Part shown: positions 26,708 to 36,006 of the stretch, piece by piece
Numbering within the stretch: the stretch's first letter is position 1
Layout: each line of letters starts with the position of its first letter
From: Candidatus Anstonellales archaeon
Lineage (GTDB): Archaea; Micrarchaeota; Micrarchaeia; Anstonellales; J096
DNA: 64,000 nucleotides
Direction: 5' to 3'
Assembly: GCA_038890615.1 (NCBI GenBank)
Contig: JAWAFI010000001.1
Location: 194,611-258,610 of the forward strand
The notes under the pieces: generated by a model
What the model was told of the DNA's origin: nothing
Seen by the model: only the letters and a program-made list of their open reading frames with translations
Database searches by the model: none
Made by a program: the position numbers and the translations under genes

Positions 26708-27502
26708 ATGATGCCTATGGAGCAAAAAAGCTTGAAAGAAGAGGATGTGAATGTAAAGGGGTGGGAAAGCATAGCAGAGAAGTGGCACAAGGTAAAATGG
26801 CCCAGGAGGCCTGCGTGGAAAGGGGAGTTTGAAAAGCTGGCCCCCCTTTTTGACAGCTGCAGGGGGAATGAAGTGCTTATACTTGGAGCAACCCCTGAAT
26901 TCAGGGCATGGCTGGGCTCCAGGGGGGCAAGGATAACGCTTTACGAAAAGTCAGCAGCGTCGCTTGAAGCAATGAATAACATACTCAAAGGAAGCTTCGG
27001 CTTCTTCCCAAAGAATGAAAAACTCATAAGCGCTGACTGGGAGGATGAAATAAAAGGTATAGGCAAGTTCTCGCTCATAATGGGCGACATAGTGCTCGGC
27101 TACATGCAGACAATGGAAAGGATGCTTGCTTTCCTGGGCAAAATGAAAGGCCTTCTTGCAGAGGATGGCAAATTCGTGCTGAGGGACTTTGTGTACATAC
27201 CCTATGTTGCAAACAGCTATGGCAGGATGCCGGTGGACTTGAGAAGGTGGGCTTACATAATGACGCCTGGGCTTGCAGTGCAGGATGGTGTTTTCGATGA
27301 GGATATGCTGGCTTACAACCTTGGAAAAATGAATGACAGGGAAGCCCTGGCAACTTGCGCAAGCCCTGGAAGGAAAAGGCTCATGCCAGACTTCAAGCAA
27401 CTCGGGGATGCATTCGAAAGGGCAGGGCTTGAGCAGGACATTAAAATAGCGCCTTCAACAGAATGGCCAAGGCCTGCGCTGTTTGTGCTTTCAAAGAATT
27501 GA
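26708..27502 (+). CDS. Class I SAM-dependent methyltransferase-like protein
   Basis: VLILGATPE motif I-like, FSLIMGD, LLAEDGKFVLR. Confidence 0.65.
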   Translation: MMPMEQKSLKEEDVNVKGWESIAEKWHKVKWPRRPAWKGEFEKLAPLFDSCRGNEVLILGATPEFRAWLGSRGARITLYEKSAASLEAMNNILKGSFGFFPKNEKLISADWEDEIKGIGKFSLIMGDIVLGYMQTMERMLAFLGKMKGLLAEDGKFVLRDFVYIPYVANSYGRMPVDLRRWAYIMTPGLAVQDGVFDEDMLAYNLGKMNDREALATCASPGRKRLMPDFKQLGDAFERAGLEQDIKIAPSTEWPRPALFVLSKN

Positions 27503-28120
27503 TCATTCCAAGAAGATGCCCAACACTGCAAAATCCTTTTTTAAGCTCTCGTAATCGGTGTAGAGGATTGCGTGCATGCCAAGCTTCCTTGGGGCAATCA
27601 CATCTGCATCTTCTGAATCCCCTACCATAACTGCCTCTTCCGGCTTGCAGCCAGCCAAAGAGAGTGCTTTTAAATAGATAGCTGGGTCGGGCTTTGCAGC
27701 CCCAACATCAAATGAGAAAACAGGAAAATCTATGTAATCCATCAGGTCGGTTTTTTGCCTTAACTGCTCAGCAGCAAAAACTGAAGTGTTTGATATGAGG
27801 CCTATCTTGTAGCTCTTCCTAAGCTGGGCCAGCATGGGGAGGACGTGGGGGAAAAGCTTTGCTTTTGATTCTGCTTCATCCCTTATCTGCATTATCTTCT
27901 TAGAATTCTCTTCGTTTATCCCCAGCCCCCTGCATAGTGAGGCGTACGCCTCTTCCTTTGAATTCCATATCCTCTTCTGCATTGTTTCTTCATATATTCT
28001 GTTGTATTCTTTCCTGCCAATATTAATACCTGTCTCATTGCATATCCTTGCGAAGGTGCCGCCTGGGTAGTCCCTGTAGGCAAGGGTCCTCCACAAGTCA
28101 AAAGCAACAAGCTTGATCAT
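27503..28120 (-). CDS. HAD-superfamily hydrolase
   Basis: FDLWRTL, ISN, KPDPAIY, VGDS..ADV. Confidence 0.9.
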   Translation of the reverse strand: MIKLVAFDLWRTLAYRDYPGGTFARICNETGINIGRKEYNRIYEETMQKRIWNSKEEAYASLCRGLGINEENSKKIMQIRDEAESKAKLFPHVLPMLAQLRKSYKIGLISNTSVFAAEQLRQKTDLMDYIDFPVFSFDVGAAKPDPAIYLKALSLAGCKPEEAVMVGDSEDADVIAPRKLGMHAILYTDYESLKKDFAVLGIFLE

Positions 28121-28211
28121 TGAGCAGGTAAAGGAAGCAACAATTAAAATAGCATGGCATTAGACGAAATGCAGGCGAAAGCATTAAAAAGGAGGCTTGG
28201 GATAATTTAGC

Positions 28212-28583
28212 ATGGAGCGCGCTAAGAGGCTCCCCCTTCCGTTAAGGCCTCACGCCTACGCCGAAAGACTCAGGCCTTCTGCACCTCTTTTTGAAAATGG
28301 ATATCTAATTAAGTCTTTGCACGAACTGCCAGAAGAGCTAAAGGGCAAAGTTGCCAAGATATTGGTGAGCACAGATGGAATTAATGGGGATAAAACAGGC
28401 ATGATAAGGGAAAGCTTTGAGGCTTTTTTAGTCTCCATTAACGGCGATAACAAGGCAAAGATAATACTAGAGCCAGGAGGAATCTTCGTAGATATAAAAG
28501 ACCTAACCACTGCACTCAAAGAAGCAAAGGAGCTTAGGGAAGGGATGCCTGAGATAATGCCACCGGTAATGTTTTTTGAATAA
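28212..28583 (+). CDS. Hypothetical protein
   Basis: 123-aa ORF. Confidence 0.6.
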   Translation: MERAKRLPLPLRPHAYAERLRPSAPLFENGYLIKSLHELPEELKGKVAKILVSTDGINGDKTGMIRESFEAFLVSINGDNKAKIILEPGGIFVDIKDLTTALKEAKELREGMPEIMPPVMFFE

Positions 28584-28691
28584 CCCCCTTTAAGGAAGCA
28601 TATGCTTCCGCTTAGCCCAGAACTCCCTGTCTCTTTAAGCCATGCGCATCCAATAAGGTTAAAAATATGGATATACCCTTCTAATGCTGTT

Positions 28692-28765
28692 GGGCCCATA
28701 GCTCAGCTTGGTAGAGCAACGGACTTTTAATCCGTGTGCCGGGGGTTCAAATCCCTCTGGGCCCG
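28692..28765 (+). tRNA. tRNA-Lys(TTT)
   Basis: GGGCCCA/TGGGCCC acceptor stem, ACGGA-CTTTTAA-TCCGT anticodon arm, GGTTCAAATCC. Confidence 0.95.
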
Positions 28766-28768
28766 CTT

Positions 28769-29428
28769 ATGGAGGAGATTTTTCAAGGGGTTTACAGGAA
28801 AGGAAGGAGTATACTCACCAAAAATCTGAGCCCTGGCAACACTGTTTATGGGGAGAGGATTTTCATCATTGATGGCAAGGAATATAGAGAATGGGACCCA
28901 TTTAGGAGCAAGCTCTGCGGGGCGATAATGAAGGGGCTAAAGAAGATGCCGATAGGAAAGAGGAGCAAGGTGCTTTACTTAGGCGCTGCAACAGGCACAA
29001 CGCCCTCGCACATCTCTGACATCGCATCAGAGGGGGAGGTTTATGCAATAGAGTTCTCTGGAATAGCAATGAGGAAGCTTATTGGGGTGTGCGAAAAAAG
29101 GCCAAACCTCATTCCAATAATGGCTGACGCAAGGAAAACTTCTGAGTATTCTGATGTGGGGCAGGTTGATGTGATTTACCAGGATGTTGCGCAAAGGGAC
29201 CAGGTTGAAATACTTGCAAAAAACGCAAAAGCATTCTTAAAGAAAGGCGGCTATGCAATGCTTGCGCTCAAGACAAAGAGCATCAACACTGCGAAGGGCG
29301 CAAGGGAAATAGCAAAAGAGGAGGAAGCAAAAATGGCTGGGCTTTTCAGGATAGAGGAAAGGATAGACCTTGAGCCGTATGACAAGGAACACTTTTTCTA
29401 CGTGCTTAAATATGCTCCTTCTCCATAG
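28769..29428 (+). CDS. flpA: Fibrillarin 2'-O-methyltransferase
   Basis: VYGE, YREWDPFRSKL, VLYLGAATGTT.SH.SDI, YQDVAQRDQ; start at MEEIF after the tRNA. Confidence 0.96.
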   Translation: MEEIFQGVYRKGRSILTKNLSPGNTVYGERIFIIDGKEYREWDPFRSKLCGAIMKGLKKMPIGKRSKVLYLGAATGTTPSHISDIASEGEVYAIEFSGIAMRKLIGVCEKRPNLIPIMADARKTSEYSDVGQVDVIYQDVAQRDQVEILAKNAKAFLKKGGYAMLALKTKSINTAKGAREIAKEEEAKMAGLFRIEERIDLEPYDKEHFFYVLKYAPSP

Positions 29429-30314
29429 GCTTGGAAGCTTCAGCCCTTCTTTCTTCTACAAGGCAGGGGTTGACATAGACCACTCTTTCTTATTGGGCAA
29501 AACCCTGCTTGTAAGCCCAATGAATGAAAGGTACGCGAGGGATAATTACAAGGGTAGGGTTGAAGTGATAGAGAAGCTAAGCAAGTTCTTGGAGAAGAGA
29601 AGGGTAAAGAAGCTTGAGATGGAGCTAAGCACGCTCCCTTCTTCCATTTACCTTAAGCTTAGGAAAAGGTTCAGGATAAGCGATGCAAGCAAAAGGCTCC
29701 TTAAGGAAAGGGAGCTGAAGAGTGATGAAGAGGCGAGGAAGATAGCCAACGCAGCTAAAATAGCGCAGGAAGCCCTTAGCGAAATAGATGTCTGTAAGTT
29801 CAGAACAGAAAAGGAGCTTGAGAATGCTGTTAAGAGGGCAATAGAGGAGAAAGGAGCAGAGGTTTCCTTCATAATTGTTGCCAGCGGCGCCTCAACTGCA
29901 TTCCCGCATTACAAAGCCAGGGATGTGCCGCTGAAAGACCCTGTGGTTGTAGATGTAGGGGCAAGGGTTGGCTACTACACTTCTGACATAACAGAAACAT
30001 TCACCAAAAGGGCTGAAGTTAAGGAGATAAGGAAGAAGCTGAAGGAGATGGTTGGGATGGCTGAAGGGGCAAGGACAACAGAAGGGCTAAATGCCTTTTT
30101 GAAAAGGGCTTACAAGAGGGATAAACTGCCGCTTCCCCCTCACCTGTTTGGCCATGGCATAGGGCTCGATGTCCATGAGCTACCTTCATTCAGGCGCAAC
30201 ACAACCCTTAAGGGCAAGGCATTCGCAGTTGAGCCAGCTGTATACTTAAAGGATTATGGGGTGAGGTATGAAAGGAATTTCATAGGAAAAGGGAAGAGAA
30301 ACATTATGCTCTGA
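29412..30314 (+). CDS. Xaa-Pro aminopeptidase (M24)
   Basis: FPHY, VDVG...YYTSDIT, HLFGHGIGLDVHE, EPAVY, GVRYE. Confidence 0.88.
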   Translation: MLLLHRLGSFSPSFFYKAGVDIDHSFLLGKTLLVSPMNERYARDNYKGRVEVIEKLSKFLEKRRVKKLEMELSTLPSSIYLKLRKRFRISDASKRLLKERELKSDEEARKIANAAKIAQEALSEIDVCKFRTEKELENAVKRAIEEKGAEVSFIIVASGASTAFPHYKARDVPLKDPVVVDVGARVGYYTSDITETFTKRAEVKEIRKKLKEMVGMAEGARTTEGLNAFLKRAYKRDKLPLPPHLFGHGIGLDVHELPSFRRNTTLKGKAFAVEPAVYLKDYGVRYERNFIGKGKRNIML

Positions 30315-30846
30315 TTTTAATTATGAATAATTTTTCAAAAAACAAAGGAAGCTCAGCCACTGCATCCCCTTCCTTCCTTGGCGAAAGGACATAGGCAGAG
30401 CCCCCCTGCTTCAGATAAGCCCTGCACTCTCTCATAAATCTCCTTACAAGCACCATTCCATCGTTGCCCCCATCAAGCGCCTCCCTTTCGCTGTCCTTTA
30501 TGAAGGAAACTTCATTTGTTGGCAGATAAGGAGGGTTGAAGAATATGTGGTCATAAAGGCCTGAGACAGAAGAAAACATGTCGCTTTCGTAGAATGCCGC
30601 ATTGCCTGCTTGGTTTAGAAGCGCGTTTTTCCGCGCGCATTTTACTGCCTTTGGGTTTATGTCAACACCTTCAACCTCATTGCCTTGGTTGGCAAGCGCA
30701 TTGGCTAGCGCTATTATTCCAGTGCCTGTGCCTACATCAAGCACCCTGCCCTTGAAAGGCCTTGCAAATTCGGCCATGAAGAAGCTGTCCTCCTTTGGAG
30801 GGTAGACCCCTTTGCAACAGGCAATCTGCATGGTGAAACCAAGCAA
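30304..30846 (-). CDS. HemK/PrmC-family methyltransferase
   Basis: VYPPKEDS, LDVGTGTG, FNPPYLP, ALDGG.DG; ATG 30831 is the likely start. Confidence 0.88.
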   Translation of the reverse strand: MLGFTMQIACCKGVYPPKEDSFFMAEFARPFKGRVLDVGTGTGIIALANALANQGNEVEGVDINPKAVKCARKNALLNQAGNAAFYESDMFSSVSGLYDHIFFNPPYLPTNEVSFIKDSEREALDGGNDGMVLVRRFMRECRAYLKQGGSAYVLSPRKEGDAVAELPLFFEKLFIIKIRA

Positions 30847-30907
30847 ACATATTTAAAAAGCGCTTGCTATGCTATGGTGATGAAAAGAAGGGAGAAAAAC
30901 GATAAAA

Positions 30908-32644
30908 ATGGCAGGGGTAGCTGAACTATTGGCGCTTTTTGGCGGAGGCATCATTGCAAACATGCTTGCCCAGAAGTGGAAAGTCCCTTCTGCCATACCT
31001 TTGCTGCTCTTTGGGGTCATCATAGGGCCAGAAATCCTGCACATAATAAGCATAAACGACATAAGCATATTTGCAGACCTGGGGAAAGTCCTGATGCTTT
31101 TCATGATAGGATGGACATTTGACATAAACAAGATAAGCCACAGGCTGGTTTCAACTTTGTTGCTCCTTACCATAAAATTCTTCTTTGTTTTCATAGTGAG
31201 CTATGAAGTACTTCTCCTCTTCGGAACCCCTGAGGCATCAATAATAGGGATGGCAATAGCTTTCAGCAGCACTGCTTTCTTCGCTTCTTTTGTTAGGGAG
31301 TACAAGCTTGCAGGAAAAGAAGAAGCAAACATGCTGATAGCCCTGCTAGTGCTTGAGGACATAGCTGCAGTTTTCCTGCTTTCTTACCTGAGCACTACGC
31401 ATGAGATGAACACGCTTGAGAATGTCTTGAGGGGCATACTCTATTCCATAGTGCCTCTTGTGATCGCCTACTTTTTGGTAAAGTTTGTGATAGACCACCT
31501 TGTGATAAAGCTCAGGGATGGGGAAAACACCTTAGTAATGTTTGCGCTTGCGCTTGCAGGGCTATTCGCATACATAACCAGCTTGGCAGGTTTTGACCCT
31601 GCAACAGGGGCATTCCTTGCAGGCAACATAACAGGCGCTTCCCAGAGGATGAAAAAAACAGAGGACCAGCTAAACCTGATAACAAACATATTCTTCATGG
31701 TGTTCATACTTTCAGTAGGTGTCTCAATATCGCTTTCTTTCATATTGGAAAACTTGGCCCTGATTGTTGCCCTTACCCTGTTCAACACTGGGGCAAAAAT
31801 GCTTTCGGTGTCAACAGGGCTGAGGCTAATGGGAAGGCATTCTACTTCTGAATGGGGCATAATGATGGGGATAACAGGGGAGTTCTCGTTGATTGTAGCA
31901 ACAGCTGTGAAGGGCTTTGATGCAATAAGCCTTGTTGCATCCATGATATTCCTATCATCTGTAATTGCAGGCTTGGCTTACAGCAGAAAGGACAGCATTG
32001 AAGAGTTGAAGAAGGTCTATCCGATATCTGTCTATACAAGCATGATCAGGAAAGCCTCCCAGCATTTCAGCAGGATGGTAAGCATATTCGAATTCAGCGG
32101 TGAATTCTGGAGAAGCGCGGATGTTTACATAAGGAATGCTGTGATCTCGTTTTTGTTCCTTTTGGTTATGTCTGCATTGCTGATTGCTGGAGGCATAGCT
32201 GCTGTGTTCTTTGAGATTTATGACAATATATCTGTGCTTGCAATATTGATAGCCATAATAGTTATGCCTGTGATCTACCGCCTGCTTTCATCCATAAGCA
32301 AGCTCCTCGACTTCATAGGCAGCTCCCTCCGCCTTGACCAGGAGGAGTGGAAAGTGAGGGTGGTAAGGGATGTCATTTTCCTATTCATACTCATGAGTAT
32401 TTCAGTAATACTCATGTTCATTGCCCCTGTAATGGATTTGCCGCCTATAATGAGCAGGGCCTACCTCATCCCGCTGCTAATAGGGGTAATCATCGTTTGG
32501 GACACATTAAGGGCTTTTGAGCATGGCATACTCCAGGAAAAAAAGAGGAGCTACATTGAAAAAAGAAAGAATGCGAGGGTGGAGAAAATACTTGAAGAGA
32601 TACCGTTCATAGGCACAGGAAGGTCAAAGAGAATATGGAAATAA
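30908..32644 (+). CDS. Cation:proton antiporter (CPA2/Kef-like) with extra C-terminal TM helices
   Basis: GVIIGP, FSSTA, LVLEDI, GAFLAG, GEFS. Confidence 0.85.
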   Translation: MAGVAELLALFGGGIIANMLAQKWKVPSAIPLLLFGVIIGPEILHIISINDISIFADLGKVLMLFMIGWTFDINKISHRLVSTLLLLTIKFFFVFIVSYEVLLLFGTPEASIIGMAIAFSSTAFFASFVREYKLAGKEEANMLIALLVLEDIAAVFLLSYLSTTHEMNTLENVLRGILYSIVPLVIAYFLVKFVIDHLVIKLRDGENTLVMFALALAGLFAYITSLAGFDPATGAFLAGNITGASQRMKKTEDQLNLITNIFFMVFILSVGVSISLSFILENLALIVALTLFNTGAKMLSVSTGLRLMGRHSTSEWGIMMGITGEFSLIVATAVKGFDAISLVASMIFLSSVIAGLAYSRKDSIEELKKVYPISVYTSMIRKASQHFSRMVSIFEFSGEFWRSADVYIRNAVISFLFLLVMSALLIAGGIAAVFFEIYDNISVLAILIAIIVMPVIYRLLSSISKLLDFIGSSLRLDQEEWKVRVVRDVIFLFILMSISVILMFIAPVMDLPPIMSRAYLIPLLIGVIIVWDTLRAFEHGILQEKKRSYIEKRKNARVEKILEEIPFIGTGRSKRIWK

Positions 32645-33192
32645 GCATCAGCAATTATGATGAAGCTTTCAGAGAGTCAAAGAGGGTGCTTTTGGCAGGG
32701 GGCGTCCTGGTATACCCTACTGACACTGTATATGGAATAGGCGGGGATGCATCAAGGCCTGAAACAATAAAGAGGGTGGAAACCATAAAGCGAAGGAAGG
32801 AAGGCAAACCATTCTCTATACTTCTGGGCTCGGTCTCAATAGTGCGCAGCTACTGCAAGACAGAAGAGCAGTTTAGCTACTGCATGAGGTACCTTCCAGG
32901 CCCATTCACCTTCATAGTAGGCGACCATAACAGCAAGGTAGGGATAAGGGTGCCTGTGCACTCTTTCATGATGAGGCTATCGCAAGAGCTCGGCATTGGA
33001 ATAATCACAACGAGCGCAAACACCTCTGGCAACAAGGCTCCATGCACCTTGCAGGAGGTTGAGGAGAGGATAAAGAAAGAGGCAGACCTTGCAATAGATG
33101 GCGGGAGGACAATGTACTGCATGCCTTCTGCAGTAGTGGACTTGGTAGAGAAGAAGGTTATTAGGGAAGGGCCTGAGCCGTTCGAATTTTAG
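32635..33192 (+). CDS. tsaC: Threonylcarbamoyl-AMP synthase (TsaC/YrdC domain only)
   Basis: YPTDTVYG, KRR..KP, PGPFT, GIRVP, TTSAN.SG. Confidence 0.92.
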   Translation: MEISISNYDEAFRESKRVLLAGGVLVYPTDTVYGIGGDASRPETIKRVETIKRRKEGKPFSILLGSVSIVRSYCKTEEQFSYCMRYLPGPFTFIVGDHNSKVGIRVPVHSFMMRLSQELGIGIITTSANTSGNKAPCTLQEVEERIKKEADLAIDGGRTMYCMPSAVVDLVEKKVIREGPEPFEF

Positions 33193-33210
33193 CTTTGAGC
33201 TTTTCAGCCC

Positions 33211-33885
33211 TCATTCAACCCTCTTTATGCACCTTTCCTTTATAAGCATATTCAGCACTTCCTTTACTCTGGCAGGTGCAACAGAATGCTTTTGTGAGAA
33301 TTCCTCAACGCTGAACTCCCCCTCATTGGCGGTTATCCATTTTATTATTAGGCTTTTCAGCTCATCATCGCCCAATGCCTCAAGCTCTGCTATCCTTGAC
33401 TTCAGTGCATCGTTCTGCTTCTGGAGCTCTTCAGTAAGGCGCAGGTTCTGCTCGTTGAGCGAAAGAAGCTCCTTATGCTTTTCCTGAAGCTCATCATAAG
33501 CTTTGGTTATTTCTACCATCGAGCCCTTGCGCCTTATCTCTGCTGAAAGCACCTGGTTGCCTTCCCTAATAAGCGGAAGTATGGCTCCTGCAACTGAAGC
33601 GCCATCAAAATCGTAGAAGCCATCGAGTGCCAGTATTAGCGAAAGTGCTGCCTCTGCTGCCTCCAATCCTCTTTTTGCAGAGCCGTTTGAATAGGTGAAC
33701 TCAATCCCTTCAGCCCCAAGCTTTGCAGAATACCAAACCGCTTTCTGCCCTTCGCTGTCTCTGCTCTCAACTATCTCAAAGCCAACCCAGCCGTCCTTGA
33801 TCTCTACTGAGCTGAACCTAAACCCCTTAAGCAAAGGGAGCAGTTCCTTTGCTGGCTTTTTCCTTGATCCTTTAATCATCATCAA
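33211..33885 (-). CDS. Coiled-coil protein with C-terminal wHTH, last gene of the T4SS-like operon
   Basis: Heptad region YDELQEKH...ELEAL; FSVEEFS..HSVAPARVKEVLNMLIKE wHTH; overlaps the ATPase stop. Confidence 0.75.
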   Translation of the reverse strand: MMMIKGSRKKPAKELLPLLKGFRFSSVEIKDGWVGFEIVESRDSEGQKAVWYSAKLGAEGIEFTYSNGSAKRGLEAAEAALSLILALDGFYDFDGASVAGAILPLIREGNQVLSAEIRRKGSMVEITKAYDELQEKHKELLSLNEQNLRLTEELQKQNDALKSRIAELEALGDDELKSLIIKWITANEGEFSVEEFSQKHSVAPARVKEVLNMLIKERCIKRVE

Positions 33886-35284
33886 GAACCACCTCAGCCA
33901 CCTTGCCTTTTCTTGTGCTCATGAGAGCAAAAGTGTTCATTATCTCCTCTTCCTTTGCCCCTAATGAGCGGAAAAGCATCATTATGCTTACCCTTGAAAC
34001 CCCGAATGCCTGAAGCCTTTTTGCAAGCTCAACTGAGTCAACGCTGCCTTCGTTGTCCTCAAAAAACTCCTTGATTGCTGTGACCTGCTGCTCCTCAAGC
34101 CCTGCCTCTTCCATAAGCCTAATCACCTTCTCCCTTTCTGCCTTGACATCCATCTTACCACCTATTGAATATACAAGGAACGGCTCTTCGCCTTCAACCC
34201 TTTCAAGCATGAACACCTCCTTGCCTGCCTTCTTCTTTGAAAATGCCATTGAAACCGCGCACTGCCCAACAGGGGCGCTTGCTATAGATTCCTCCACAAA
34301 AGAAGAGAACCCTAAGGACTTGCGCATGTATTCCCTGCTTTTGCCTGAGATCATCCTGAACATGAAAGCAGTGCCTGAATTGCTCAGCACATCAGGATGT
34401 ATGTCCTCAGGGCTTTGTGAAGCCACTATGACCGAAAAGTTGTACTTGCGGCCTTCCCTGACTATTGCGATTAGGTCGCTCTCGTCGCTCCTTGCCACCT
34501 TCCATGCCTCATCAAGGACAACTATGAGCTCAACGCCCTTGCTTTCACTTACCCCTTTTTTGCGCATTTTCTCCTTTATCAGCTGGAGCACTGCAAGCCC
34601 TGCAAGGCTTTTCATGTCCTCGCTTGGAAGCTGGCTTAGGTCTATGCAGGTAAGCCTTTTGCTGAGCACAGTGTCTATAGACATGCCTTCTGAAAAAACA
34701 TCAGATCCCTGAATCATCATGGTCTTTACAAGGCGCGCTGCCTTGCTCTTGCTTTTTCTCAGCAAGGAATAGAGTGTCACTATGTCTTGCCTTTTCCTTG
34801 AGTACATCTTTTGCAATGCGTCCTCTATGTCCGCCCTTTCTTCTGGGTACTGCTTCAGCCCAAGCAGGATGTCCAATGCGCCCATTACTCCTTTTATCTT
34901 TTCCCCTGGGCTTATGCCTTGCAGGGAAAGAACATTGAATTTATGCTTGCCAAGCCTGTATACAGTGCCTCCTGCCTGCTCAACCCATCTAACGTACTCA
35001 CCTACCCAATCTATTATTACGGTGTTTGTTTTCCAAAGTATAGAAGCTCTTGTTATGAATGTTTTTAGCAGGTAGCTCTTGCCGCTTCCGCTCATTCCAA
35101 CAACAACTATGTGTGGGTTCACGAGCCGTGAAGGGTTCCACAGCACAGGCACCTTCCTGAAAAGGGTCCTTCCTATATAGACGCCTTCTGAAGCGCTTGA
35201 ATATAGCGCAGCCCAGCTAGGCTCTGGAGCAGAAACAAGAGGCACAGCCCATGCTGTCCCGCTTGCAAAAAGCCTCTGCATCAT
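33872..35284 (-). CDS. VirB4/HerA-FtsK family ATPase
   Basis: NPHIVVVGMSGSGKS Walker A, IIDWVGEY, VVLDEAW Walker B, REGRKY, VASQ; ATGA-coupled. Confidence 0.9.
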   Translation of the reverse strand: MMQRLFASGTAWAVPLVSAPEPSWAALYSSASEGVYIGRTLFRKVPVLWNPSRLVNPHIVVVGMSGSGKSYLLKTFITRASILWKTNTVIIDWVGEYVRWVEQAGGTVYRLGKHKFNVLSLQGISPGEKIKGVMGALDILLGLKQYPEERADIEDALQKMYSRKRQDIVTLYSLLRKSKSKAARLVKTMMIQGSDVFSEGMSIDTVLSKRLTCIDLSQLPSEDMKSLAGLAVLQLIKEKMRKKGVSESKGVELIVVLDEAWKVARSDESDLIAIVREGRKYNFSVIVASQSPEDIHPDVLSNSGTAFMFRMISGKSREYMRKSLGFSSFVEESIASAPVGQCAVSMAFSKKKAGKEVFMLERVEGEEPFLVYSIGGKMDVKAEREKVIRLMEEAGLEEQQVTAIKEFFEDNEGSVDSVELAKRLQAFGVSRVSIMMLFRSLGAKEEEIMNTFALMSTRKGKVAEVVLDDD

Positions 35285-36006
35285 TCTGCCACACCTGCAA
35301 GCTCCCAAAGCTCATTGTCCCTTGCAATTGAAACTTGGGCGTTTAATGCAGAGCCAAGTATGGTGCTAAGCTCCCTTGCATATGCCCTTGCCCTTGCCAG
35401 GCTTTCGTCCCTGCTGAAGCCAGAGGCATGGGTTGATGCGTACATCTGAACATCCACTGTCTTTTCGCCCTTGGCTATCCTTTCCAGCATCCTGTCCCAC
35501 ATTGAGCATTCCCTTTCAAGCCCCCTCCTCTCAAAATCGTCCCTTGCCTTGGAAAGCTTTGCCTCTGCATAGCTTCTCCTTTCCTTTATCTCATCAACCA
35601 TTTTTGACATGTCAACAGGCGCAACCCTCATTGAAATGCTGAATGGCAGGTTCACTGAAGATACAACCCTGTGGAAGTTCCTTAGCATGCCCAGCCCCTT
35701 GTCCTCGCTGTCTATTGCGCTTTCGTAGAGCCATATCTTAAGGAAGCAGTAAGCTATGTAGCCGTCTTTCGATGAGGTGACAAGCGCATCCCTTTCAGGG
35801 ACCATCTCATACCTTCCCCTTTTCTCTGCGATTCCCAAGCTCTTTGTTACTTTTGGGAAGAAAACATTGCCATAGTTATGCACTGCAACTGCAAGAAGGG
35901 CAAAGAAGGCGCAGGCTGCTGCAAAAAGGGCAGAGCCAAGCGCGATTGCAAGCGCAAAAGAAAGCACGCAAAACCCAAACAGCAGGTAAAATGAAACATC
36001 TTTCAT
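35281..36006 (-). CDS. Membrane protein with two N-terminal TM helices and a cytoplasmic domain (VirB3/VirB4-N-like)
   Basis: Two TM helices then an alpha/beta plus coiled-coil domain; ATGA overlaps on both sides. Confidence 0.7.
   Translation of the reverse strand: MKDVSFYLLFGFCVLSFALAIALGSALFAAACAFFALLAVAVHNYGNVFFPKVTKSLGIAEKRGRYEMVPERDALVTSSKDGYIAYCFLKIWLYESAIDSEDKGLGMLRNFHRVVSSVNLPFSISMRVAPVDMSKMVDEIKERRSYAEAKLSKARDDFERRGLERECSMWDRMLERIAKGEKTVDVQMYASTHASGFSRDESLARARAYARELSTILGSALNAQVSIARDNELWELAGVAE

Noticed and set aside
28736..28768. ORF-track N-terminal extensions running through RNA genes (also 62542-62577 and 21750-21779)
   Set aside because: They overlap tRNA or C/D sRNA sequences; downstream ATGs give normal protein starts
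33872..35284. ATPase as the HerA of the HerA-NurA repair operon
   Set aside because: No N-terminal HAS barrel and no nurA, mre11 or rad50 neighbours; the context is membrane and pilin genes
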